Origin: Eledone cirrhosa | Taxonomy: Eukaryota | Reading direction: 5' to 3' | Length of the DNA: 64,000 nt | Assembly (NCBI GenBank): GCA_964016885.1 | Contig: OZ024749.1 | Location: 28,644,001-28,708,000, forward strand | Shown: one piece after another, positions 35,055 to 49,456 of the stretch | Layout: every line of letters begins with the position of its first letter | How positions within the stretch are numbered: the first letter of the stretch is position 1 | Notes under the pieces: generated by a model | Told to the model about the DNA's origin: nothing | The model's database searches: none | The model's input: the letters and a program-made list of their open reading frames with translations, nothing else | Program-made: the position numbers and the translations under genes

Positions 35055-35561
35055 ATCTATCTATCTATCTCTCTCTCTCTCTCTATATATATATACAAGA
35101 AGGTAGTACAGCATAATCGAAGCTCTGGTCGCGGGCAAGCTAACGAATGCAGTCGGAAAGTGCAGCCAAAAGCACTCAATAAGGAATTTTACCTCAGAGT
35201 TATATCATTACGTTTAGACAGCTATGCAAATTGAAGACAGCGACCGGTATGCGAGTCGCTAGGACCAGGACAACGAAAAAAAAACCGACTCAGGAAAATT
35301 TTTGACAATTATCTGCAGCATCGTGGAAATATTACATAATATTACCACTAGGTTTCTGTAAATCCGAAATCAACAAAATCCATTTGCAGAGGCCTGCAAG
35401 TTAATTGGTTTTGGAAGATAGAACAGTGGAATTTACTTCGTCAACAAGTTTTAGTTCTGCCGCCGCCAGTTATAAGAACTAGTAGTAAACACCGCCAGTA
35501 GTCACGTGGTTTATCTGAAGGGAGGTAACCCCCCGGCTTTGGCGGTCAAATTCAAAATTTG

Positions 35562-35623
<62 letters not shown>

Positions 35624-35639
35624 CCAACAACGCAGGGGT

Positions 35640-35717
<78 letters not shown>

Positions 35718-35733
35718 CCAACAACGCAGGGGT

Positions 35734-35789
<56 letters not shown>

Positions 35790-35790
<1 letters not shown>

Positions 35791-36330
35791 ATGGGAAGAA
35801 AGAGGAAAACTGCGTGGTTACACATGGGTTACATATTATAAAATTAGTCCCTCATCAGTGATTTGCCAACCATCATTGGTATTTCATCGCATTAAAAATC
35901 ATATACCTCAGGTTGGTGCGAGCAATAACTAAAATAAGCTATTGGGACAAGTGAATCGCGTAAAGCGAGTGAGACAAGTAAACAACATAGAAGGAAAAGC
36001 AAACCGAAGGTAGGAAAAAAGCAAGCAACATGATGGTTATCCGGTCAGCATGAACTGGGTGAATTTCATGAGCGGTCAGAAAACAGACCGTCCGACGTGA
36101 ATGAGATGTGAGAAAGAAAGAATCCCACTACTAACGAACGGGAGAAACAGAGAGTGAGTGGAAGTGCGAGGAAGAGGTCAGTCGAGAGAAAGTGTAACTG
36201 ACAGAGGGGGCGAAAGAAGGTGAGAGAAACAGAGAGAACGGGGGAGCAGAAAGAGAGAAACAGACAATCGCAGTCGAGGTATGCAGAGGTTATATTTAAT
36301 TTGTTGGGATTCAACAAGCTTAAAGTTTTT
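35790..36330 (-). mobile_element. repeat family B copy
   Basis: Homologous (rc) to 40940-41090 and 41760-41940. Confidence 0.7.
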
Positions 36331-36437
36331 ATAACTGATATAAAGCACTCAACAGAGGGTGGAGTAAATACACAATATATTATTTTACTATCCACCAAAT
36401 TTCAACCGTTGAGGTTGTCTTTTTTCCGGGTATGTCA

Positions 36438-36513
36438 ATATTTATTTTATCTGATGAAAGCGCACCATAATTTACCTTGGTCGCCCTTGAAATATATATA
36501 ATAAAATAAATAT
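36438..36513 (+). ncRNA. type I hammerhead ribozyme motif with 13-bp stem I
   Basis: auauuuauuuuau CUGAUGA aagcg-cacca...uggu-cgcccuu GAAA uauaua UA auaaaauaaauau. Confidence 0.85.
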
Positions 36514-36546
36514 GGTTTTATAAATATAGTTTCCATTTATTAATAT

Positions 36547-36615
<69 letters not shown>

Positions 36616-36830
36616 TGAGACGGACTGACAGACAGACAGAGAGGATGACAGACTGACAGACTAATTAATCTCATCTGAAGTCTCTCTTTCCGTCTCTCTC
36701 TCTGTTACCGGCCTCTTTGTCTCTCTCGTCCTCTCTTTCCTCACTCTCTCCCCTTCACTGTCTCTTTCTCTCCCCTTTTCTTCCTCGCGTTCCTCTATAT
36801 CTCCATCTCTCTCTCTTTCACTTTCTCTCC

Positions 36831-36879
<49 letters not shown>

Positions 36880-37199
36880 GGTCCCTCTCTCTCTTTCTCT
36901 CTCTATCTATCTTTCTGTCTACCGGTTTCTCTATTTATTTCCTTTCCTTCTCTCCGTTCCGGTCTCTCTCTATCTCTATCTCTCTATCTATCTGTCAGTC
37001 TACCCATCTCTCTCTCCGTCTCTGTCTCTGTCTATCTCTATCTCTCTATCTATCTGTCAGTCTACCCATCTCTCTCTCCGTCTCTGTCTCTGGCTATCTC
37101 TATCTCTCTATCTATCCGTCTCACCTTCCCCCTCTGTCTCTATCCCTTTCTCTCTGTGTTCTAATTCACTTCAACTCCTTTCAGTGAAGTCTATTTGCT

Positions 37200-37630
37200 G
37201 ATATTTTGCGACTGAAATGAGCCCAGCGTTTTTATAGAAGCGGAAACTTGTGACGATCTTCATGGCGGAATTGGCTGTGGGGTTATTTGATTATTTTTTT
37301 AATATAACGTTGTCGCCGTAAAAATGTCCGCCATTGCTGTTGTGGCGTTGCTTCGACAAGTAACTAGCTAACTCTCCTGTCATTTCCGAAGGGATGGGAT
37401 TAGCTGGAAGCCATTCTTCTCGATTAGTAGCAATTAGAGTTACGGAACCAGATTATTATAAAGTCACCGGCTCTCTCAAAGATCCAAAGGAAGTAATTAT
37501 GGAAATAGAAATCATCACAACGGCAAAAGCAGCAAGAAGAGCGACAAAAAGTAAAAAAAGGGGGCTGTCACTTGGCTATTGGATCAAGTAGTAATGGAGG
37601 ACGGCTTTTTCATTGAGCTGACGTCACTAC
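37200..37630 (-). promoter_or_regulatory. candidate Pol II promoter
   Basis: Unique, CpG-containing island with TGACGTCA (37619-37626), CCAAT boxes (37578-82 and 37270-74, rc), CCGCCATG (37261-68, rc), TATAAAA (37236-37230) and TCAGT (37215-37211). Confidence 0.45.
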
Positions 37631-37914
37631 TTCTTGTGTGCAGTCAAGCATGACTGACACTTGCCTGGCGCTGGAACAGAATACTGTGTTGACCGTAATT
37701 CTACGACAGACTCCACTCTGGAACACTTTCTTAAATGCTTTGAGGTTAAAAGAGCCAAGTGAAGTGAAGTGAAGTGAAGAAGGCAGCGAAGAGGAGGAGG
37801 GGGAAACGAGATGATAATAATAGTGTGTGTATATGTGTGGGTGTGAAAAGTAAGGGAGAGAGTAAGAGAGTGAAAACGTGAGGGAGTATGAGAGAAAGAC
37901 ATATATATATATAT

Positions 37915-38025
<111 letters not shown>

Positions 38026-38053
38026 GATTCTCTGCCCCACGATTAAGCTTATG

Positions 38054-38111
<58 letters not shown>

Positions 38112-38367
38112 GGGGGGGGAGAGGAAAAGAAAGAGTGAATGTGAGAGAGAGAGAAAAGTGTAGCGAGAAGAAAAAGAAGAGAGAGAGAGAGGGGCGGAGA
38201 TAGAGGGGGGAGTGATACAGAGAGTGAGAGGGATAAGGAGGGAGAGCGGAGGGAGTGAGAAAGAGAAGTGTATTTGATCTCGCAACACAATTGCTAATGG
38301 GTGACAAATTTTAAATCGACATTTATGTAATGAAAAATATTAATTTAGTAAAAGAATAATTCCACAA

Positions 38368-38369
<2 letters not shown>

Positions 38370-38411
<42 letters not shown>

Positions 38412-38644
38412 TCTTCAATTTTTTTATTATTATTATCTTTTACATGCTTTTGATTTTATTTCTATTAAGTAATCATCATCATCACCACCATGACCATCAT
38501 CAACATCACACCACCATAATCATTACCACCGCCACCACCACCACCACCACCACCACCACCACCACCACCACCACCACCACCACCACCACCACCACCACCA
38601 TCATCATCATCACCATCATCAACATCACCACCATAATCATTACC

Positions 38645-38675
<31 letters not shown>

Positions 38676-38965
38676 CCACCATCATCATCACCATCATCAA
38701 CATCACCACCATAATCATTACCACTACCACCACCACCACCACCACCACCACCAACACCACCATCATCATCACAATCATCAACATCACCACCATAATCATT
38801 ACCACCACCACCACCACCACCATCACCACCACCATCATCATCACCATCATCAACATCACCACCATAATCATCATCGCCCCCATCATCATCATCATCAACA
38901 TCACCACAATAATCATTACCACCACCACCACCACCACCACCACCACCACCACCACCACCACCACC

Positions 38966-38999
<34 letters not shown>

Positions 39000-39030
39000 T
39001 TATTGTTATTATTGTTATTGTTATTATTAT
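38370..39030. repeat. compound (ATT)/(ACC)/(ATC) trinucleotide repeat with internal higher-order units
   Basis: Recurring atcatcaacatcaccaccataatcattacc units. Confidence 0.85.
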
Positions 39031-39251
39031 TGAAAAATGACTGTCAGTTTTTTGTTCCATGTGTATGTTTTAAAAGACTTAAACGCTTTTTAATTGAAAT
39101 AAAGTTTTTAATTAAATGAAAAATTAATGAGTTTTTAAAGTGTAAAGGAATATTTTACACAAATGGAATAATATATTTAACATGTGTATATTTATAATTA
39201 TGTATATACTGTATGCATGTATGTATGTATGTATGTATGTATGTATGTATG

Positions 39252-39282
<31 letters not shown>

Positions 39283-39404
39283 CACATATACACACATACT
39301 CGTTATTATGGTTAAGTCATGTCTGACATACTATATGTTCACAAGTGAAAATTACTAAACTCTACTTCGGTATTGAATACTTATTCTCACGTTCATCAAC
39401 ATCA

Positions 39405-39466
<62 letters not shown>

Positions 39467-39600
39467 TTGTGTGTATATATATATATTTATATATACACAA
39501 ATATATATAGAGAGAGAGTTAGATAGATATAGATATAAATATATATATATAGTTAGATATAGGTATAGATACATACATATGCATATATATATATATATAT

Positions 39601-39814
39601 ATAGGAAAAAGTATAACTCCGACGGCAGAGCTCAAGCCGTTTCGACGGCTATTTCTGGACGAAATAACCGTCGAAACGTCCAGAAATAGCCGTCGAAACG
39701 GCTTGAGCTCTGCCGTCGGGGTCATACTTTTTCCTATTTCCCACTCTACTACCCTAAGTATTGATTACTCTGGTGCGTTATGGTCCACCTGGTTCCTTAC
39801 CACAATTCCTTTGT

Positions 39815-39879
<65 letters not shown>

Positions 39880-40064
39880 CGAAGGAAATGTGGTAAGGAA
39901 CCAGGTGGACCATAACGCACCAAAGTACTCAATACTTAGGGTAGCAGAGTGGGTAATAGGAACCAGTAAGACCCCGACGGCTGAGCTCAAGCCGTTTCGA
40001 CGGCTAATTCTGGACAGAATTAGCCGTCGAAACGGCTTGAGCTCACGTCGGGGTCTTACTGGTT

Positions 40065-40069
<5 letters not shown>
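39601..40069. mobile_element. two family C fold-back elements tail-to-tail around a (TA)n tract
   Basis: Hairpins 39601-39737 and 39956-40069; tails 39738-39815 and 39877-39955 are reverse complements of each other. Confidence 0.88.
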
Positions 40070-40137
<68 letters not shown>

Positions 40138-40140
<3 letters not shown>

Positions 40141-40683
40141 GATAAATCTACCAAGAGTTTACGGTAGTGTCCAATCCGTATGAAGAACTCAATGTATTCC
40201 GGATATCATGGAAAGAAGAGATGTAATGAAAAACCACTTTCGGTGAAAGATAAACGGTATACAGAGTCAAGATAAAATATTAAACAAATAATGAATAAAC
40301 AATTCCTTATATTAAACAAAAAAAGTTCATTATTTAACGATCGTTTCTAGGGTATATATGTGTTATAATTGGTATGCATATTCAACAGATCTATGTACAA
40401 AATTATACAAAATTATACAAATTATCAAGATTAAATATACATACCTAACACATATATACGCCGTCTTCAGAAATCGTCTTCAGAAATCGTCTTCTGAAGA
40501 CGGCGTATATATGTGTTAGGTATGTATATTTAATCTTGATAATTTGTATAATTTTGTATAATTTTGTACATAGATCTGTTGAATATGCATACCAATTATA
40601 ACACATATATACCCTAGAAACGATCGTTAAATAATGAACTTTTTTTGTTTAATATAAGGAATTGTTTATTCATTATTTGTTTA

Positions 40684-40692
<9 letters not shown>
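40138..40692. mobile_element. fold-back element: ~200-bp arms plus tail, hammerhead in the arms
   Basis: 40272-40470 is the reverse complement of 40494-40692; the centre has a 13-bp duplication cgtcttcagaaat. Confidence 0.9.
40332..40474 (-). ncRNA. type I hammerhead motif with long stem II
   Basis: auuu CUGAAGA cggc-guauauauguguua...uaacacauauauac-ccua GAAA cgaucg UU aaau; palindrome aacgaucguu. Confidence 0.7.
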
Positions 40693-40759
<67 letters not shown>

Positions 40760-40939
40760 AATATATATATACAAGGGCGGTGCCCCAGCATGGCCTCAGC
40801 CGGATAGCTGAAACAGGTAAAAGAGAATATATATATATACACAGTTCAAAGTAACCAATCTTAAAGAGAGAGATGGAGCTAGTAGAGGAGATGAGAGGAG
40901 AGATTGGTGAGTTAGTTAGAAGCATATATATATATATAT

Positions 40940-43189
<2,250 letters not shown>

Positions 43190-43199
43190 TGCGTGTATG

Positions 43200-43274
<75 letters not shown>

Positions 43275-43315
43275 CTGCGTGTATGTATGTATATATATAT
43301 ATATATGTCTGCGTG

Positions 43316-43357
<42 letters not shown>

Positions 43358-43358
<1 letters not shown>

Positions 43359-43715
43359 AAAACGTAAAATAAGAAAATTATAGTAATTAGCTTACTTACT
43401 TAAATTTCACTCCAACTAATTAGTTTCTGAAAGGAAATATACATAGTCTCCAAATGGAGATCATGGAGAAACCTTTTCGTCATCAGGGAGTCATTCTCAG
43501 CTAAGATACCTGACGATGCGCGGACACAGGGAAATTATACAACTTTCTCCATGATCTCCATTTGGAGACTATGTATATTCCCTTTCAGAAACTAATTAGT
43601 TGGAGTGAAATTTAAGTAAGTAAGCTAATTACTATAATTTTCTTATTTTACGTTTTTCATATAATTGTTCTGCATCCCCTTGCATTGAACCACAAAGTTA
43701 CTAAGACAAAACCTA
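43358..43715. mobile_element. fold-back element: 114-bp arms plus tail
   Basis: 43358-43471 is the reverse complement of 43544-43657. Confidence 0.88.
43409..43491 (-). ncRNA. type I hammerhead ribozyme motif
   Basis: acucc CUGAUGA c-gaaaagg...ccuuuc-a GAAA cuaauuag UU ggagu; palindrome aacuaauuaguu. Confidence 0.78.
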
Positions 43716-43871
43716 TATATTTGTTTGCATAGGTATACATCTGTATATATATGTTGGTAGATATACTAATTCTTTATATACATATATATACCACCACCCC
43801 ACTCTCAAGAGCGTGAAACTAATAAACCTTTGTTCGTACTGCCTCTCTGTTTTGTTCCACGTTCAATTTTT

Positions 43872-43954
<83 letters not shown>

Positions 43955-44038
43955 CACATGGTATAAAATATCCAAGCGGTTAAACCACTCAGTCCGTAGG
44001 ACGAGTTACGTAATATCAGTTCACAACTGTGGCATTAT

Positions 44039-44086
44039 GTAGATACTTAAGTTTCGTTGGATTTAACGCCAAGTCATTCGGTCTGC
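44039..44086 (-). ncRNA. hammerhead-like motif with 8-nt variant core
   Basis: gcaga CCGAAUGA c-uugg...ccaa-c GAAA cuuaag UA ucuac. Confidence 0.45.
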
Positions 44087-44156
44087 CAACATGTCGGTGT
44101 TATACCTAACGACAGTTCACAATCTGTGTAATGTCAGTTTTCGAATTATTTTATAT

Positions 44157-44235
<79 letters not shown>

Positions 44236-44350
44236 AGGTTTGTGTGAGTGTGTGTGTGTATGTGTGTATGTATATATATATGTTTGTGTATGTATGCATA
44301 TGTATATGTATATTTGTGTGTCTGTCAGTTTGTCTGTCTATCTGTCTCGC

Positions 44351-44393
<43 letters not shown>

Positions 44394-44782
44394 ATGTATG
44401 TATGTATGTATGTATGTATATATGTATGTATGTATGTATGTTTGTATGTATGTATGTATGTGTATGTATGTATATCTGTGTGTGTATGTGCGTACATGTA
44501 TGTATCACACACGACTTCTGGTAGTTTCCGCAAGTGAAAAGAACAATATTTACCTACTTATCTCCCTCTCTCTCTCTTTCCTTCTCTCTGCCCCGCTCTT
44601 TTACACTCAATCCTCTCCCTCTTTCTGCCTGTTTATTACTATATACACACATCTATGTAAGAAGACAAATACGCTATCTGTATGATAGTACACACACACA
44701 CACATGTATATATATATATGTGTGCGTGTGCGTGTGTGTGTATCTATATATATGTATATATATATATCCATATTTATATATA

Positions 44783-44877
<95 letters not shown>

Positions 44878-44889
44878 ATATATATATTA

Positions 44890-45130
44890 GTTGACAAACT
44901 ATAACATTTGAATACTTACACACGTACACACATATGTGTGTGTGTGTCTGTGTGTAAGTATTCAAATGTTATAGTTTGTCAACAAAAGCGGAAGAGAGTA
45001 CTCAATACCTGTTGTAGTAGAGTATTTTATTTATTTAAACTAAATTTAGGTTAATTACTTAATTACTCAGACCCACCATCAGAAACCAATAGTTATGTTA
45101 GTATTACCATATATACGGTAATGAGCAATA
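44890..45130. mobile_element. short fold-back element (34-bp arms) plus tail next to (TA)n
   Basis: 44890-44923 is the reverse complement of 44950-44983. Confidence 0.7.
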
Positions 45131-45181
45131 AACATCTAATTTGAGGTTTTCATTTGTTCCGGTCTCTACAGAATAATTTAA

Positions 45182-45420
45182 GGGCTATGTGGTTAAGATT
45201 TCTAGACTGAGTTGTGTGTTGTGTTCTTCAGCAAAACATTTCATTTCACATTGCTCCAGTATACTCAGCTGAAAATGAAAACTAGCAATAGCTGGAGGTT
45301 TAACCCTGTGAGGGCCTGGCGTCCTGTCCAGGGGAACGTCTTGTACTGTGAGTCACTTCATGCCACGGAAACTGGGATAAACAACGGCTGGATGAGTCTC
45401 CGGGTTCGAGAGAGACTTTA
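45182..45420 (+). mobile_element. second SINE family (CORE/V-domain-like)
   Basis: gtgttgtgttcttcagcaaaacatttcatttcacattgctcc and ccctgtgagggcctggcgtcctgtccaggg; related to 63698-63803. Confidence 0.5.
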
Positions 45421-45435
45421 GAAATTTTTAGAGTC

Positions 45436-45643
45436 AGTCAAAAACTACCTCACACAACCTTTTCAACAAAAACACGAAGTTTCTATGAAAATGACATCAA
45501 CAGCCTTGTAGAACAATGGGTGACAGTTGTCAAAAACAATGGAGTCAATCTATTTGACTAATAATTGTTTTTTTTTTTCGTGAGTATGTTAAATTTTATT
45601 TTTAATTTTCTAATTGTGCAGGAACTTTTGCTGTGATCCAATA
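45436..45643 (+). mobile_element. mariner transposase C-terminal remnant plus 3' TIR-like end
   Basis: FSTKTRSFYENDINSLVEQWVTVVKNNGVNLFD* (stop near 45561) fits the mariner F..K...FY..GI..L..RW..VV..NG tail; ends gaacttttgctgtgatccaata. Confidence 0.65.
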
Positions 45644-45905
45644 CTTATGCGGCAATGAGTAATACCTCAATGTTCAATGACTAACATCATTTATTTATTT
45701 ATCATATCCTCAAGTATTAGACATAAAATTTGTACATGTTTCAGGCTTATGAAAACTTCTCAGTGAATTGTTGTCTTCAACGTACTTACGAATGAAATGA
45801 TGAGATGTACAATTATAAACGAACGAATGACCTAGCTCGGCCATCTTGTTAAGGCACCGCTTTTCAAACTTCCAGACAATGCAATCGAAGAACTTTCTGA
45901 TGTGC

Positions 45906-45970
<65 letters not shown>

Positions 45971-46093
45971 TGTGTGTGTGAGCGTGTGTGTGTATGTGTG
46001 AGTGTGTGTGAGTGTGTGTGTATACAAACATGCATTCATACACACATATGTACAGGCATACACACTCACACACACAAATATATACATATATGT

Positions 46094-46206
<113 letters not shown>

Positions 46207-46210
46207 CACG

Positions 46211-46322
<112 letters not shown>

Positions 46323-46329
46323 TATATAC

Positions 46330-46382
<53 letters not shown>

Positions 46383-46564
46383 TATACATATACATACATG
46401 TTATATGAGTGGCTACTAAGGCTATAAGTCTGTGAAGTTCACGCCAGCCTCTAAGGTACTTGACTTACCACTTTTCCTGACAAATACTTCTTAATCTTTA
46501 ACCTCAGAGGTCTTATGTATTTATAAGGTGGGTTGGCTGGGTATATAAACACTTGGATTCTTAC

Positions 46565-46699
46565 TGCCCTTCTGGCTATTGTTGTTATTGTGGTGGTAGT
46601 AGAAGTAGTAGTAGTGGTAGTGGTGGTGGTGATGGTGGTGCTGGTGGTGCTGGTAGTAGTAGTAGTAGTAGTAGTAGTTGTTGTAGTAGCAGTAGCAGT

Positions 46700-46752
<53 letters not shown>

Positions 46753-46810
46753 CGGTGATTGTGGTGCTGGTGGTGCTGGTAGTAGTAGTAGTAGCAGTAG
46801 CAGTAGCAGT

Positions 46811-46873
<63 letters not shown>

Positions 46874-46888
46874 TGTTGTAGTAGCAGT

Positions 46889-46971
<83 letters not shown>

Positions 46972-47145
46972 CGGTGATTGTGGTGCTGGTGGTGCTGGTA
47001 GTAGTAGTAGTAGCAGTAGCAGTAGCAGTAGCAGTAGTAGCAGCAGCAGCAGCAGCAGTAGTAGTGGTAGTAGTAGTAGTAGTAGTAGTAGTAGCAGTAG
47101 CAGTAGCAGCAGCAGCAGCAGCAGCAACAGTAGTAGTAGTAGTAA

Positions 47146-47187
<42 letters not shown>

Positions 47188-47409
47188 CAACAGCTGCAGC
47201 AGTAGCACCAGTAGTAGTAGAAGAGATAGCAGCACCAGCGCTAGTAGTAGGAGTAAAGGTGGTAGCAGCAGCATCAGTCGTAGTAGTAGTAATAGTAGTA
47301 GTAGTATTAGTAGTAATAGTAGTAGTAGGGCCTGTGGTTTCATTAAGGCCAACACCTTCATTAAGGAAGACGCCTTGGGCGTAGACTCCAGTCGGGTGCG
47401 TTTTCCAAA
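46565..47409 (-). CDS. candidate Thr/Ala-rich mucin-like exon
   Basis: ccttttaag| acceptor; open frame WKTHPTGVYAQGVFLNEGVGLNETTGPTTTITTNTT...DAAATTFTPTTSAGAAISSTTTGATAAAVATT...TIARRA; donors GCA|gtaaga (46565) or GTG|gtaagt (46469), both phase 0. Confidence 0.5.
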
Positions 47410-47783
47410 CTTAAAAGGATCACAGTTTTATACAAACTTATATAATTAAATTAAATTAAACATATTAATTAAACTGTAATCAATAAACCAATCAATAGTT
47501 AAACATCTTTGTTGCATAGCAACGTTATGGAAATATCCAAAGTGGTGGTGAGGGTCGTATAGTGTTATGACCCGTCACATGAGTTGACGTGGATGGATGT
47601 AGACTGTGTAGCAGAAAATAACGGCTTAGTAATTTTTTCTTAATGTAGTCAGAACAAGAAGTGTCAAAAACTAGGTGCATCAGGTTACATACACACATAC
47701 ACACATACACACATACACACATACACACATACACACATACACACATATATATAATGTGTGTGCGTGTAATTGCTATATATATG

Positions 47784-47860
<77 letters not shown>

Positions 47861-47895
47861 ATATATATATGTGTGTGTGTGTATATATATATATC

Positions 47896-47930
<35 letters not shown>

Positions 47931-47995
47931 GTGTGTGTGTGTGTGTATATATATGTGTGCGTGTGTGTGTGTATATATATATATATATATGTGTA

Positions 47996-48067
<72 letters not shown>

Positions 48068-48133
48068 TGTGTGTATATATATATATATGTGTGTGTGTGT
48101 ATATATATATATATGTGTGTGTCTGTGTGTGTG

Positions 48134-48164
<31 letters not shown>

Positions 48165-48173
48165 TTGTGTGTG

Positions 48174-48212
<39 letters not shown>

Positions 48213-48249
48213 ATAAAGTGAAATAGCGAATGTAAGGAGAATGGAGGAG

Positions 48250-48348
48250 TAGGTGTGCACCCCAGTGCACCCCAGTGCACCCCAGTGCACCTCAGTGCAC
48301 CTCTGTGCACCCCAGTGCACCTCAGTGCACCCCAGTGTACCCCAGTGT
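48250..48348. repeat. 10-bp tandem repeat (gtgcacccca)n
   Basis: Visible directly. Confidence 0.85.
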
Positions 48349-48448
48349 AGGTGGTATGTTTCAGCTGCAGCCATGCGGGACAAAACGGTGAAAGTATTGC
48401 CGTGAAGAACAGCCAGCGATACCCGCTACACCAGCCACACCGTCTCAC

Positions 48449-48669
48449 TGGGTTCCTTCCTCGTGTGGATAGTAGTAGTAGTAGTAGTAGTGGTAGCAGC
48501 AGTAGTATTAGTAGTAGTATTAGTAGTAGTAGTAGTAGCAACAGTAGTATTAGTAGTAGTAGTAGTAGTAAGTAGTAGTAGTAGCAGCAGCAGCAGTAGT
48601 ATTAGTAGTAGTAGCAGCAGTAGTATTAGTATTAGTAGTAGTAGTAGTAATAGTAGTAGTAGAAGTAGA

Positions 48670-48704
<35 letters not shown>

Positions 48705-48711
48705 CAGCAGC

Positions 48712-48754
<43 letters not shown>

Positions 48755-48857
48755 CTAGTAGTAGTAGTAGTAGCGGTGGTCGCTGCTGCTGCTGCTGCTG
48801 CTGCTGGTGTTGTCACTAGTGACGGCGTCTTTGTCACCGATGATGTATTCTCCGTCA
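48449..48857 (-). CDS. candidate upstream Thr-rich mucin-like exon (1-nt indel near 48570)
   Basis: tttgatgcag| acceptor, (V)TENTSSVTKTPSLVTTPAAAA...TTT...IHTRKEP, CCA|gtgaga donor; 409 nt, which is 408 if one base in the AGT tract is removed. Confidence 0.35.
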
Positions 48858-49456
48858 CTGCATCAAACACCCACCCAGCCTTCCTCCCACTCCACCCCTC
48901 ACTATCTACTGTCTCATACAAATACCTCCTCCCTCATCACATCACCACCCTTTCCGATCCTCGCACTACTACATTTCTGCCCATCCCCCACCCCTCCTAC
49001 TGACTCCTCCTTCACTACCAGAGCATCACCCTCCCGTTCTTCCCCTCCTCCATCATTACCACTACTCTCCTCCTCTCCCCCCCTCATTGCCCTCCTGCTC
49101 TTCCCCTTCCCAATCATTACCCCCACCCCCTCGCTACTGCACACTATGTCATTACTTTCACCTTTCCCCCCTCATTCTTATATCACTGTCATTACAATGA
49201 CACCATCGTCTCCACCACAACCACCACCAACACCACCACCGACAACAACACCACCATCAACACTAACACCAACACCACCAACACGACCACGACAATCACC
49301 AACAACAACAACTACGTTAATCCACCACCACCACCATCACCACATCCACCTCCGACACAACAACCACCACCACCACCACCACAACCACCACCACAACCGT
49401 CACCAACACCATCAACACCAACAACACCGACACCACCATCACCACCAATACTATCG

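Noticed and set aside
37394-37591. 65-aa ORF on the + strand
   Set aside because: Short, no recognisable motif or splice support; the region is better explained as regulatory.
38444-39060. 198-aa Thr/Ile-rich and 184-aa Val/Met-rich ORFs
   Set aside because: Pure trinucleotide repeat with no unique coding head or convincing splice sites.
46533-47449. Poly-Val, poly-Ser and poly-Leu ORFs in the track
   Set aside because: Alternative frames of the AGT/AGC repeat; only the unlisted minus-strand Thr frame looks protein-like.
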